A DNA stretch of 64,000 nt, taken from the NCBI GenBank assembly GCA_002633005.1, contig NMRA01000072.1, positions 78,335 to 142,334 on the forward strand. The letters are read 5' to 3'. The DNA comes from Phoronis australis (taxonomy: Eukaryota; Animalia; Phoronida). The notes beneath the pieces are model-generated. The model was not told the origin of the DNA, searched no databases, and worked only from the letters and a program-made list of their open reading frames with translations. Shown in pieces: positions 1 to 13,100 of this stretch. The first letter of the stretch is position 1; every line of letters begins with the position of its first letter. Position numbers and translations under genes: made by a program.

Positions 1-89
1 TCATTTGCAACAATTAGAATTATTTCCACTTTTACTCACGTAATTGTGCTATTTTGACGCCACGCCTGCATGGTTTAGAGGTTTTCAAC

Positions 90-1257
90 ATGTCTCAAAG
101 AAGGTAAGCAAAAGTTTTATTCATATGAAATTTTCAGTTTATTGCAATTCACTTAGCAGAATAATGTGTCTAGAGTTCATAGAAAGCTTTAATTATTTGT
201 TTTCACAAATTTTGTAAAAACTAAATGCCCTTTGAAAACGTCCAACAAAACGGACGCTGGGCACAAATGGTTGATCATGGTAATATCATTATTCTCATTT
301 TATTTGGCAGGAATCTTACTGTAAATGATGCTGTTGCAATGCTGGAAGATGATGGAGCATTTCAACGGGCTGACATTTTTATGAGCTCACCTTCAGATGG
401 TGGTATAACAGATGAGGACAGTGGAGATGTAGGCAATGACCATCGCATCTGTTGGCCCGAACCAGAGGCGATGCAGCTCGTATAGGCGCTCTGTACGCCG
501 GAAGCTTTTCGGCGAATTATGCCTCGCACCGACTAAACCATCACAGTCACGTTGTTATAAATACCTTTTGCGCATAGAGGAACACCTCAGGAGGTTGTCG
601 ATGTGTTTAATTCCTTCCAACTCGACCAAATACTCCCGTTGACACCTCTTGGTATATATGACTACTCAAACGATGCCGCGAACAATCTATGTGTTGTTAG
701 GTGGAATGACAACAGCATTTTCAATATAGTGTCAAATCTTCACGGAGTTGACCCCTTACAAAGAGCAAAGAGATGGTCTCGCACAGAGAGCCAGCACATA
801 CGGATTGACCAACCCTTTGTGATTAAGTCACTACAATCAAACCATGGGTGGCGTCGAAAGAATGGATCAAAACATAGATAAGTACTGGGTCTCGATACGA
901 TCAAAGAAATGGTGGTGGCCGATTTTCGCCTATTGTCTAGATCTTTGTGTACAGCAAGCATGGCACCTCTACAGAGCAACCGAAAGTGGAAAGGAGCAGC
1001 ACAAAGATCTGCTGGAGGTTCGGAGTGAAATTGCTAATGTGTTGCTTATGAAGGGGAAACGAGTCACTCAGTATGTTCTTAAATCCGTGCCTTGCTCAAA
1101 GAAAGTATTGCCTGATGTCAGATTTGACAGACTGGACCACTTCATTAACGCAGAGGCGATGTGCAGTTTGTAAAATGAAGACAAAGCGTTTTTGCCTGTG
1201 AAATGCGATGTTAGTCTTCACGACAAATGCTTTATGGCATTTCATGTTGCACAATAA
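90..1257 (+). mobile_element. Degenerate piggyBac (PGBD3-like) transposase remnant; catalytic core largely deleted, frameshifted, interrupted by a MITE half
   Basis: N-terminus NLTVNDAVAMLEDD...ITDEDSGD (311-429). C-terminal part VVRWNDNS...YNQTMGGVERMDQNIDKY...IRSKKWWWPIF...QQAWHLY (650-975). Cys-rich tail RRCAVC...KCDVSLHDKCFMAFH ends at a stop near 1257. These match recalled piggyBac/PGBD3 motifs; GGVD is changed to GGVE. Confidence 0.9.
430..644 (+). mobile_element. Left half of the TAGAC-terminus MITE family inserted in the piggyBac remnant
   Basis: Collinear with 16787-17000 (shared GGAAGCTTTTCGGCGAATTATGCCTCGCAC and AGTCACGTTGTTATAAATACCTTTTGC) and with the reverse complement of 59873-60140. 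Confidence 0.85.
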
Positions 1258-1507
1258 AGATACTTGATACAACAATCTCATCAATTTTTGTCTTTTGTTT
1301 TACTTTCTACAATATCTTAGCATCCAAAAACAATCAATATCATACCACATCTTTCATTTTTACTGGTTTTAGTAGGCATTTCTGTTGGTGGTTTATAGAC
1401 CCCACATGTGCCCAGCGTCCCTTTTGTGGGACGAAAATAAAAACGTCAAAAAACGTAAAATAAAAACTTCTTTCCATTTTTCCTTATTCATTATGTTCAT
1501 TGTATGT

Positions 1508-3050
1508 CTAAAAGCACATAATATCTGAATAACCACTGAAAACGCGTAGTTGGGCATAAATGGGATAAATAAGTTTTTCAAAAATCTTTGAAAAGCAAGG
1601 AAGAAAAGAGATAGGTCTGTAATTATCTAAAAACAACGGGTCCCCTTTCTTTAATACAGGAATAACCTTGGCAATTTTCTTGTTGTCTGGAAAAATTTGG
1701 TTGGAAATGGACCGGCTAAACACAACACACAATTGTTCAATCAATAGATTACTTAGACATTTTATTATTTTCATAGATATGCCATCATGACCACAAGTCG
1801 GTTTAGCTGGAAAAGAATTAACCACTTTTCTAATATCAATTGGATAAACTGGTTCAAAGTCAAATCTGCATGCAGCAGCAGAGTCAAGATCTAAAAAAAG
1901 ACATATATGACATATTTGAAGAATAAGTAGGCAGGGAGTGTGAGGCAATATTACTAAAGTAATTATTGAAATGATTAACAATCTCACCCTCGTCACAAAC
2001 CATTTCATCATTTATCTTCAATGTAGTAGGATTATTTGATAAGACATTTCTATCCAAGTGTCTTTGGGAGAACCAACATGGACCCGAAACTGTTTGTGAT
2101 AGTAAATTCTCTTAGCACTTTTCACAACTTTTTAAAAAATAATGTTATAGGTTTTTAGGTTTGTTTTTAATGATACAAAATTATTAGCACCTTGAGGGGT
2201 TGACTTGAGTCGCTTATAAAGCTTGTCTCTAAATCTAAGAGAGTTTAAAATACCTTGAGATACCCAAACATTCTTTTTATCCTTATATTTATTGAATCTT
2301 ACTTTTCGTACTGTATTGAACTTATTTAAACAAGCAAGAACAGAGTCCTGAAATGAATTATATTGGGATCACCATTAAATTTGTATCCATTTGAGAAAGT
2401 ACATTGTATGACGAAAATTCATCATGCACCTTTTTCAAACAATCGTCATTCATGACATTTCTGTAATCAAATTTGGGGGCTCTCACCTTTTTTAATGTTC
2501 TCTTTAAGCAAAAGAAAATAGGTAAATAGATAGATGATCAGAGATATTAGAAAAATAGATTCCGGAAACTGAATCAATGTTAGAACAACTATTAAATTTG
2601 TAGAAAATGTTGTAAATAAGTGAAGCAGAAGCTCAGAGAAACGAGTGGTAAAAGTAATCGTTGGAGAAAAAACATTTAATGACGCAGTGTTGTAAAATTT
2701 TCCAAACTAGGGCCTCTCATTAACTTTTAGGAGATTGATATTAAAATCACCTGCGAACATGACATGAGAGTTCGTTTGCCCAAGTTTATTGATCAATGGA
2801 TTAAAATCATCTAGAAATGTCCATATGTTTAAATTGTCATTTTCTTTGGGGGGTTTAAATATATTGCCAACAATAACATTTTTCTTATGAATGATCCCAG
2901 CTAATGTCACAAATAGTGACTCAAAGACTGCAGAATCACTTTTAATTTTAGAGGCTTTATACTCCAATGAGTTGTGGATGTAAATAATAAGGCCATCATA
3001 ATATTTCTCACCCTGGGAAACACAAGAGTAATTATCAATTTGAAGAAAAT
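1508..3050 (-). mobile_element. LINE (CR1/L2-group) ORF2 fragment: APE endonuclease plus N-terminal part of reverse transcriptase, degenerate
   Basis: ORF 2707-2967 has IVGNIFKPP...FAGDFNINLL (APE endonuclease). ORF 1508-2011 has GHDGIS...FPDNKKIAKVIPVLKKGD...NYRPISFLPCFSKIFEKLI (RT N-terminus). Stops and frameshifts lie between them. Confidence 0.9.
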
Positions 3051-3799
3051 AATCTACAGTTTCTCGCTGTAACAGTCGCGTTACTTTGCCGTTTTTTGAT
3101 CGTGACCTACTAGACCTGGTCCGCCGCAGCCGGCGGCAACGTGAGCTTCACAATGGGCTCGCTGGTTCCCTGCGAGCCGCTAGGTGGTAGCCAGCACTGA
3201 CTATGTACGTAGAGAACCAGCGGGCACAATGGGCCGCATAGCAAGCGACACTCATCGAACGTCTGCGGTACTAAAATTTGTCAATCTCAAATCCGAAATG
3301 GCGAGCTGAGATTTTACCCAACCTGCCAATTGCGAGTTGGACGTTTTCTTAACGTCTGACGCTGCATTAAAATACACAAAACAACCTATGTCTCGAAAAA
3401 TTATCAGGTTATGGTGTATTTGGCTTATTTGCTTGCGACAATGAAAGATACAATGTACTGTAACTCTAACTGTTGAATTCGTTTCAATGAAAAAAAAAAT
3501 TCTTGATATTGGTAATAGATATTTGCTGCCTACGGCAAGGGAAGGGGTTTGTGTTTTTGTGTTTGTTTACGTGCATGTAAATATCTCTCGTTGGCGGATT
3601 TCAATGCTCACAACTTTCATCTTCTTCATGACTTCTAATGCCTAGTCTAGAATATACTGGTCTAAATGTACATTAGTTCGTAGTTTGTATTCGAGGCTTT
3701 CTGGTCAAAGGGTAGAGGTAGAGCAGATTATGAAGTGTATAGGCCCCTGTATGTTTACGTATTTATTGTAGTAACATAGATGCATGTAGAAAAACAACA

Positions 3800-3958
3800 C
3801 CTGAGGTCAGTTGCATAAAGTAAGAATTGTACTTCTGTTTTTTAAGTAAGGTTAACTTTCCACTTTAAAACGTATTTGGCCCCTGTTGCTGAAAACTTTA
3901 CAAAGATTTTATTATTTCCCATCAAGTCTTAATCCTGTATTATGCAACTTGGCCCAGA
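3800..3958. mobile_element. Small MITE with degenerate terminal inverted repeats
   Basis: CTGAGGTCAGTTGCATAA ... TTATGCAACTTGGCCCAG are imperfect inverted repeats about 160 bp apart. Confidence 0.5.
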
Positions 3959-4379
3959 GCCTTTTTGTCTTATCACTGAAGTCATCTATGTACACAGACC
4001 TGTCAGCTCTCATGGGTTTGCCCTGTCTCACGTTTTTGACATGAAATCACGGTCTCATTTCATTGTGCTTTAATCTCATGTTTTTAATTCTTTAGAAAAA
4101 AATAATAAAATCCGACTTAAAAACCTTGGTTGCCTGTGAATTCTTTCCACAATTTGATCAGCGTAATGTCCAGGATGCAGGGATATTACACCTTTTAAAA
4201 AGTTTATTGGAAAATGTTTTTCTACATGTATGTATATGTAGAAGAGGACAAACAACCCTCGTCCTCTTTGCAGCGCGCATTGGATAGCCGCGTCGTGCGT
4301 ATTTAAACATAACAAACAAAGAATCACATTGGAAAATAAAAACAGTTATCTATATCTAGCACTCAGTTTTCAGTTAGAG

Positions 4380-4760
4380 GAGTTAAATTGGTTAAAAATA
4401 ATCACTGAAAAACCAAAACTGCGCTTATAAAGATCTATTATGAACGACTATTGTGTAGAAGAGTATTTAAGCCTGCTGGTGTCTCAGAGGTACGCCAGAG
4501 CTCGATTTAGAGAAGTTATTCTACCATTGGAGGTTGAGGTGGGGCCATACTCCGGAATTCCTGTGAATGAACGGATTTATCGTTTTTGTCAAAAAGGAGT
4601 TGAAGATGAAGTACATTTCATCTTTGACTGTGAAAAATAAACTCAATTTTTATACGGAGTTCTGCCTTACCTCAAACATTCCAAAATAACTTGAAAGGTC
4701 CAGCAAAATTCGTCCAAGACGCTTTGCAGGCTAGAAGTAATTATTTGTTTGTAAACTAGT
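4380..4760 (+). mobile_element. LINE ORF2 C-terminal fragment
   Basis: ARFR...LPLEVEVGPYSGIPVNERIYRFC...VEDEVHFIFDC matches the common non-LTR C-terminal 'ERxCxxC...EDExHFxxxC' motif. Confidence 0.75.
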
Positions 4761-6005
4761 CTGAATCTGTCAGATTTACCTTGAGTGTGTGCATTATGTT
4801 ATATTATGGTTTAATTTTTATAAGGTGACAGAGTAAGCCCATTGAGGCTGGGTGTGTGATGAATTTCTGTATTTGATATTATCTGCTCACTGGCACCCTT
4901 ATGTCACACTAATAAGCAAATAAAAATAAATATATTGATCACCCATTTGTCAAAATCTCTTATCTGGGGGTTCCGAACACAAGCATGAATGAAATACAAT
5001 TGTCATATCGCCATGATTCCCTCTTTGTCGTGTTTTGGCGGAAACAAAAGAACTATCAAGCAACATGAGATTGTTTCTAAAAATTTGTTAGACCAGCGGT
5101 CTGAATACGGAGTCAGACTGTTTTTCGCTATCCTTCCAATGAGCAATGGAGGAACTCACTTGTTTAAGTAGCATCCACTCACAGAGTTACCAACGTTCAA
5201 GGTTGTTTAAAATCTGCAAACTCATTAAACGAATGGTGTAAAGGGTAATAGGAGGTGGGCCAGAATTCATTTGTAGGGCTTCTAGAAAATGTTTTTTTAT
5301 GAGTACAATTTTATTTTGGTGTTTTTTAATTCATTTACTAGAGTGTTCTTGAAATCTTAAAACTTCCCAGATATAAAGGTGCACATTTTTAGAAATTTGA
5401 GTTTGAAGTTGCATAATAACCACCATAGAGTTTAGAGAACTTATATTTGTAAAAACAACAGTTTTTGCTATCTATTTTTGTAAAACAAGTAATACTGTCC
5501 CATCGATGTCATTGTATTGAAAAATAATACACTCACATTACATGTTTTACTATTGTAGACTAATTGTAAACAGTGAAATTTAAAAAATGTGCAGTGACAC
5601 CTAGTGGCAGAAATGCAAACTAAGTCTGAATGTTACTAGGAGGTTATTCTGACATTGTCTGGCAACAAAAATAACACAAAACACTTGAGACTGGGCAAAA
5701 TTTGTGCTTCAGTGACTGAACCATTGACTAATGGTATAAAATATAGCTTGTTTGCATAATAAACCAGAAATACGTTATAGTACAAAAACAATATAGTTGA
5801 ATGATCTCCGTGAATGTGCACACAGACTGTATGAAAATAATAGATTATTCTGACACCGTTTAGCAAGCAGTATGAGACAAAATACATGACACTGTTCAAA
5901 GTATGTAATGTCTATGACTTAATCAACAAATAAAATTCACTTTTTAATACAAAAAACACAAAATGACGGGTTTGGAGGTCTATTTAGGGTTAACTTGTCA
6001 AAGAA

Positions 6006-6325
6006 CTATCGTATAGAGCCAGTGTTGCTGATGTTACTACAGTTGCCACAGCTCCATATTTCTGTACAGTTTGACCCAGCATTGCCGCACAAACTCAGTT
6101 TCCCAGCACAAATTTTCTTTTTGCATTTGCAGCGTTCATCATTTAGTACTGTCAATGGAGCTGTGGGCATTATAGCCATATATTTTAACTGGAAAGCGCC
6201 ACCGCCAAGGAGCCAACTACGGTCGATTAGAGAGGGTACAGCACTGCACACTGGTGATTAGCCCGCAGGCAATGAAGGGTCAAACACTAAGTCCTTGTTT
6301 GGAGGCGGGCAGGATTTGGGCAAAC
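6006..6325 (-). mobile_element. C-terminal remnant of an AcademX-like DNA transposon protein (nuclease tail plus Cys-rich finger)
   Basis: Minus strand, across frameshifts: LPASK...TLHCLRANHQCAV...SW...PTAPLTVLNDERCKCKKKIC...C...NCTEIWSCGNCSN. This fits the LPPT..H..RAxYQ..W..GW..AP..CxC..C..CxC..CT..CxC..CxN pattern recalled for Academ/tesmin-like transposon proteins. Confidence 0.6.
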
Positions 6326-8869
6326 GTTTGATTCAAAATGTGTTACAATGGGCTGTGCTAATTAGAGTCAGCAAGTGAATTATTGAACACTATTCGTGTC
6401 TCTTAGTCGGGCACAAACTATAACAGTGAGTAGTTTCAANTGCAAACCAGTCGGTCATCCCCTTTACCATCAACAATCCCAGTAGCCTTTGCGCACCCTA
6501 ATTTCCGGACATGCGCAATCGTTAAATCGATTCGGTTGCAACTCCGCTATTACAGTATAATGAATACAGGTAAATAACGTATAATAGGTAATCTCTGGTA
6601 AGATGGGCAATAAAAAGCGCCGGCCACGTGGAAGTACGAGAGAATAACGAAAACTGGGAAAATTGAATGAGTTTTTGACGTACGACAATGTGGCCGGAAC
6701 ACGGTGAACTGAAAGAGAGGTTACAATAACAAAGAAAAACGCCCCTAAAGACACGTGACAATCATCAGCCTATAACAGCCAAGAGCTGACCGAACTCGAG
6801 GCACGTGATAACAGCAGACCACTGCGAAGGCTGGGAAAACGACGTGTAGTCCTACACAAAGGAATAATGGAATAGACCGAGATGAGGGGGAAAAGGAATA
6901 AGACGAGTCCACATAAAATTTTCAGACGGACTTGTCAGGAACTGATCCACCACCAGCCTAACAAATTTACATGCCGTCTGATCTGTCGCCTAAAATGTTG
7001 ATCGTCTAATAATGAGATTAGTTGATGCAACTGAAAATAAATCAGCTGATATACCAGTTCAGTGATTGAAACTGAATTTGTTTAAATCAGATGCTCATAC
7101 CAAAGTCAATCGAGTTACACTTAAGGTAATCAACGTTTGACGAACTGTGCAGTGGCTTCCACTGTCCCGGGCCTGAAATTACGACGGGGACGCTGGCCAC
7201 TTAGGCACTTTAATTTAATTACCATTGCAGCTACGTAAGTAATTTATTTTTACAAAAAATTGAGAAGAGGTTTCCCCCTATCCCAGGATTACGACAGGGG
7301 ATGACGGCCACTTGGACCTGTTGATTGCAACCATCTACTCCATTTAACCTTCTCAAAAATGTTTGATTTAAAGTGCTTAAAATCACACCAACAGTATAAC
7401 GCCATATGATTATCCCCTGGCGCAAGCAGTGTCGACGTGGCAACTGAACAAGGGAGTGTTCGAAAAACAGGATTGCAGGAGTTAAACTGGGAACAAATGA
7501 AAACATTAACGGCCTCCTCAGAGGCATCTCTCTACGCAGTACTTCTAAACTTATAGCAACACGGCTTATGGTTTAAACAGTGTGATGCATAATTTGCCAA
7601 AAAGCATCCGGCATATGGAGTACCTATGGTATGATCACCGTCTCTACTGGGTCAGCAGTATTGTCTAAGGCCTAGGCAGCCAAGGGGCTGAACAAGTTAA
7701 AAAAACAACTGGTGATAATACTGAAACACACATGGAAAACACCTAGATGTACCTTTCAAAAACACGTACCTGTTTTTCAAAGCTATAAAGTTGTTACTTC
7801 TTTCTCTTTCTTGAAATGTGGTCCATAATATACTTTTCTTGCTAACAAAAGATGCACTCATGTTTCAGAATGTTCCTATCTTGTTCAGGTTAATTGGGTG
7901 TTTCAGATTTTGGAAGTCTAATTGATTTTCTTGAGAAATTTTGGGTAACATCTGTATCACTTTCAGCGGCTTCAGCTTTATTACTACTGCTGGTGTCTTG
8001 AAACGTTGCTATGCCTTTCTATGTCCTTCCAATTTTTGGTCTGACACTTGATCTTGTACAGCCGCAGTATACTGTATAGGCCGATATGACCAAAGCAAAA
8101 CCGCTTTGTATTATAAAATATGATTTTCGATTTATATGTAGATCACTTACATGTACTGCACCGTTTTGAAATTGGTCTCAAAATGTGCGTTAGTCAAAAT
8201 AGGAGTGATTTATGGGTTTGGAAAGACCTAACAGTTCGTTAGTGCACGAGATCAGGTCCTACTAGTTTGCTTGTCACGGTGTGTCGTCTTATTCGCCGAC
8301 CATAGTCACGATTGAAACGAATTGCCAGGGTTTTTTTTCAAAGTGTTAGATCCCTTCTCATCTGAGTAAGAAAATAGTTGACCTAGTAAGAAAATTGTTG
8401 ACCAACTCTATAGCGATAAGTGGTAGTTTTTAAACGGAGCGCCTTTTTAAAGACATTCTTTCCGCTTCATTTTTGTAAAAACGTCATGAAACGGATCTTT
8501 ATGCAACCCATTTTCTCATATGACCCGGAATGTGTTACGACACGACTAGTTAATAACACCGACTACGTAATTTTTTGATATTACATGGGCGAATCACAAT
8601 GTGGTGCAAAGTAGAAATCCATGCGCTTTACATTTTATCGTCTACAAAACACAAAAACAATCAAACGCTCGCCAACCAAACACTGCCGGAATTCCGAGAA
8701 GGTGACAAGATTATGATTTCTGTCGCAACTGTACGTTCTCCCAGTTGGAAGGACATGCAAACAACTTTTTTAACGGACCCATCTTCGACGACGAATTCTA
8801 TATTCACGTTCATTTAAACGGAGACGAGCCCAATTCGAGAAACGCGGCGTGAGTAGCTGTGCTGTCTTA

Positions 8870-9320
8870 ATGGTCAATTCAGTGCTCAAGCGGGGAAGCC
8901 TTGCTGACTGTTATTTATAAACACTTTTTAACTTTTAATATTACAATTTCAAAGACTATTTATTAGATTCTAACTTGAATGTTTGCTACGAAAGCTGAAT
9001 GAAACTTACAGTTGTTAAGCTTAAAATAAAACTATTAACAAAAAGTAATTGAATTACTTTACATTGCGCAAGCGTGTTTTTACAAAAGTTGCGTCGTGTT
9101 GTTGAAAGTTTTAAACACATCGAGTTTTTCAGCAAAAAAAGATCGTTTTTACGGTTCATATGAGAAAACAAATCCTACACTCGTTTCAGATTGATGACAT
9201 GGGCAAAATCTCTTGGAAATTTCGTCAAAATCCCTCGGCAAGCATCAGGATTTTGACGAAATTTCCAAGAGGTTTTCCCCATGTCATAAACCGGAGACTC
9301 GCGTAGGATTCTCTATTTAT
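8870..9320. mobile_element. Non-autonomous element ending in a ~140 bp hairpin (9172-9310)
   Basis: AATCCTACAC...ATGACATGGG...CTCTTGGAAATTTCGTCAAAATCC / GGATTTTGACGAAATTTCCAAGAG...CCCATGTCAT...GTAGGATT is a near-perfect palindrome. The left boundary is approximate. Confidence 0.6.
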
Positions 9321-10146
9321 TTGAAACTTAAGCCCAAATAATGCTCTTTGAGCATGACGTCGAATCTTTTCAAAATAAATTGAAATTAATACAGATTTTT
9401 AGCTTAAGTTTCTAAGTTCCGAAACAAAAAAGCTGATACAACCTGTAGAAGTGCTTTGCATCTGGCTTAGTCCTAATCAGCCGCACTTTCTCTGCCCCCG
9501 TGGTCAAAAAAATTCGAAGTAATCTTCAGTTTTAACTCTCACGGATCTGGTGTACATTTTCCCCAACCGGACATATTTTTCTTTATACGGCTGATCGTCA
9601 AGCACACGATTTCAATTGCATGTTAACCTGCAATTCGGATGATTGCGCCGTGACACATAAAAAACAAGAAAAACGCCCAGGGATTAAATTATGCTGGACA
9701 TAATAACTTGAGTGAATAAACACTTAATTTCTGAAGTATAACATTTCAACTTGATCTGATTTATGTCATTTTACTTCTTGGTGAGTTGGTAAATTTAAAT
9801 AGACGTCAGCAAGATGTGTTTGCGCTAGAACTTCTGCAATCATCACTAGTGAGTCTTTTGTGCTGTATTATTTGAATATCACTGCAGCAGAGTATTTCTT
9901 CTTGTAACTAGCTTGTTGAATTAAATCAAGCATTGGCCCGGAATTCGAACAACTGTAAAAACACGTGTACAAAGGGCTGCGAATCGATTTGCATCAACAA
10001 TATCTAGATCAGATCGATGGCTTGGAAAAAGACTCGTGCCCGGTGAGTGATTTACCAATCACGTAGTGCAATATTGACTGTATGAGTATTGAGATATCCA
10101 GCTTCGTCAAAAACTCTTGAACAAGTGGGTTGATGGTACAGGCGCG

Positions 10147-10198
10147 ATGTATCTGACATGGGGAATACTTCTGGTCATTATTGTCGTTTCAGCAAAAG
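10147..10198 (+). CDS. Gene A exon 1: signal peptide [17 protein letters not shown](A)
   Basis: Hydrophobic core, AAAG|GTAATG donor, phase 1. Same 52-nt length and AK ending as paralogue exon 27720-27771. Confidence 0.8.
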
Positions 10199-13100
10199 GT
10201 AATGTTCTTGACATAATTTTACATTGACCATTGCACTGTCACCACAGAATCGAGAAGTTTTATTGGTTTGTTTACCAAAGTTGTCAAGTAATTGTGATCG
10301 GAGAAAAATTCACATTTCTAATTCAGATCACGTGTATAAATCGCGATCGTTTACCTAACAATTAAGGCTTTAATTGAGAAGACGAAGTTTTGTTGTAGAC
10401 TTAATTTTCTTTTGATTGATAAATTGTCCATCACATGCTGAGCAAGGTAAAACACTCAATGAAAACATTTATCATAGCACATATTATTGTTTTCCACCCT
10501 GTATCAAGTAAGTAAAAATCCTGCCATAAATTCCCCTTCCGTCAAAACTTTAACTCTTATATTCAAACTACATACACTTATGATGTTTGTCCCAAACTCG
10601 TTCTTTACTACACTAAAGTTGAGTTCAGGGCTCTATTTTATGAAAGACACAGTTACTTCTGAAAATGAATCTTAGTTGAGCAAAACACGTCTCATTAAAG
10701 ATCAAAGTATTTTGGCACTCTTTAGTTTCTGCAGTAACTTCTCGTATTGCCGCGCAACACGCCTAGTCTCGCTGTTAAATTGGAAAAGGAGATGTCCAAA
10801 ACTCATAAAAACAACCAAAAGGAGACAACTTTTTAAAACGTTCACAGGCATATATTGTCTATACTTCGACCTTCCTTGGTCATCTAAGGAGTGACTAAAA
10901 TGCTAGGAAAGGCAACAGAGCCCACCAGGAACTTGAAGACACAGGTGAGAAAACAACACTAAAGTAACACAGTGGGTTGTCAACCAATACAGACATAAGA
11001 GTGTGAAACCCATTATAGAGAGGAGTCAAGCAAAACACACACAAGTGTGCTATTAAGAGTGCTGAAAATAGTTTGACGTTGAAATGGAAGGCAACCATTT
11101 TTCTTTAGTAGAAATACGGCTCGTTGATTATCCCAGACATAGGCTTCAGTTAATTGCGGCTCCCCGTAATTTTATTAATTAGTCGTGCACTATTCCGGGA
11201 GTGGCGACGGGGCACTGCCGGGAATAAACAGCGACAGCATGGCACCATTATTCAGGCGTTGTTTTGCAGGAACCTTCATCAATTCCGCGTACAAATCTCT
11301 TTCGTAATCCAAGGGCAGAAAATTCTTGCCACACTCTCGGTAAGTCTCCACTGCTTTGTACGTTGCGTGTACGATAACGCTGCGTTCTTCACACGAACGA
11401 GTCAAGTACGGCGGAGAGTGTCATCTTTCGGAAAGCGGTGTAATGGCGTACCCAAAGTGCGCGTGAGACGCACTCGACAGCTCACACAGTAAGACAATAT
11501 GAAAACAAAATGTCGGGATTTTCTTAACCCACTACACGTAACCGCCGGGCTCCGGAGTAACGCACAACTAATTAATATCATAACGGGAAGCCGTCATTAA
11601 CTGAAAAATATGTGTAGGATAATCAACGAACCGTATTTTTACTAAAAATGACATGAAAGAAGGTTGCCTTCTCCTTTAATGTGACTTGTTTGAAAAAAAA
11701 ACCTGTTACCACTTAAGTAAAAATGCAAAATCATTGAGAATATAAGTAAATAAATGTTAGCTATATTTCTATATTTTTTCTAGACTGTGAGATCATAATT
11801 ATTTGGATAAACGCGTTTTCAGTAACTGTACCGTGGAAGCGTAAGGCCAAATTTGAGGCTTTTTTAATGAAACAGACAGACAACAGCCAGGCTCAACATG
11901 TTGCCATGATGAAAATGTTTGTATGGCCACTGTCGTTTCGGGCTCGGCGAAAAAATACATGAAATTGGAAAGAGCCGAGATGAAATCAGACCCTGTTGCC
12001 AGTGTGTGTAAACGGTCAACAGCGTTGTAGAGTATTATCCACTATCTAAAATAGATTTCCAAAATCATTTTTCTAAATCTTTTCCCTAAAATGCAAACTT
12101 CAATCATAATTTCACTTACACATAAGAACATAAAACTATAATTAACTGAAATGAAAACCTCGCAAGCATTTGAAGTTCATTAATACTATATTTCAAATTG
12201 GGTGATTTTATAGAAATTATTCAATACACCATGTTACCGTGTAATTATTAACTGAGATAAACATGTTTGCGGTCATCTCATGTTATTTAAGTTTTGGTTA
12301 GCTTTGACTGAAAGTCTGTGCACGTGATGTTCCTATTTTACTGCACACATTGCAAGTTCTATTAAATGCAAGATAGCTAACTTATTTGCACGATTTTTAA
12401 AATTTCATAGTATCCCTGGGCCAATTTGACTACCTAGCCTACTGTTCGTTCTGACACAGGGGCGCATGCGCTATATTGGGTTCTTTTGGAGTCAGCTATC
12501 ATTCACGTGTCCTCAGCAGTTGTATATTAATTGCAAAGGATTTTCAGAGATAAGACCCGAATCAATTTGATTTTATTGAAAAAATGTAAACGGAGAATCA
12601 AGGGCTAAGACGATACAAACATTTCAAAAATAGCCAAAAATACAGAATTCAAAGTTATTGCACTCCCCGAATGCAATGTAATTCACACAAACAAAACCAA
12701 TAATCGATTCTGCCCTGAGTCTCAAAGGCATAGTTACTTCTGGGCAGAGTTCAGTAACGCTTGGACATCGCTAAAATCTAACCCAAATCACACGTTCTCA
12801 TTTAAAATACAAGGCAATATCTCACGAAATCTCGCGACGTCTTCCTTTTTAGCGAGGCCCTAGCGTTACTGAACTCTACCCTGGTCAGCACCCGACTCAT
12901 TTTGAAACCTGCGCATTACTACTTCAAAGAAAAAAAGAACGCCCACCTGCATCAATTTATTTCAAAACCTCACAATCATGTGCAATCGGGGTTTTAAATG
13001 CCGTGGCTACCTAGCCAATCACAACCACCTGATTGATCACTCTCGCCTAAACACAGCTTTTAACTGCTATCTCACATGCACAAGCGCTGCCAGACTACTC

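Noticed and set aside
7200-7680. 98-aa minus-strand ORF and neighbouring frames
   Set aside because: No recognisable motif or splice structure; probably decayed repeat.
10043-10101. Short 5'UTR intron in gene A (and 27508-27648 in gene B)
   Set aside because: The GT-AG pairs are plausible, but there is no reading-frame constraint or sequence conservation to support them without transcripts.
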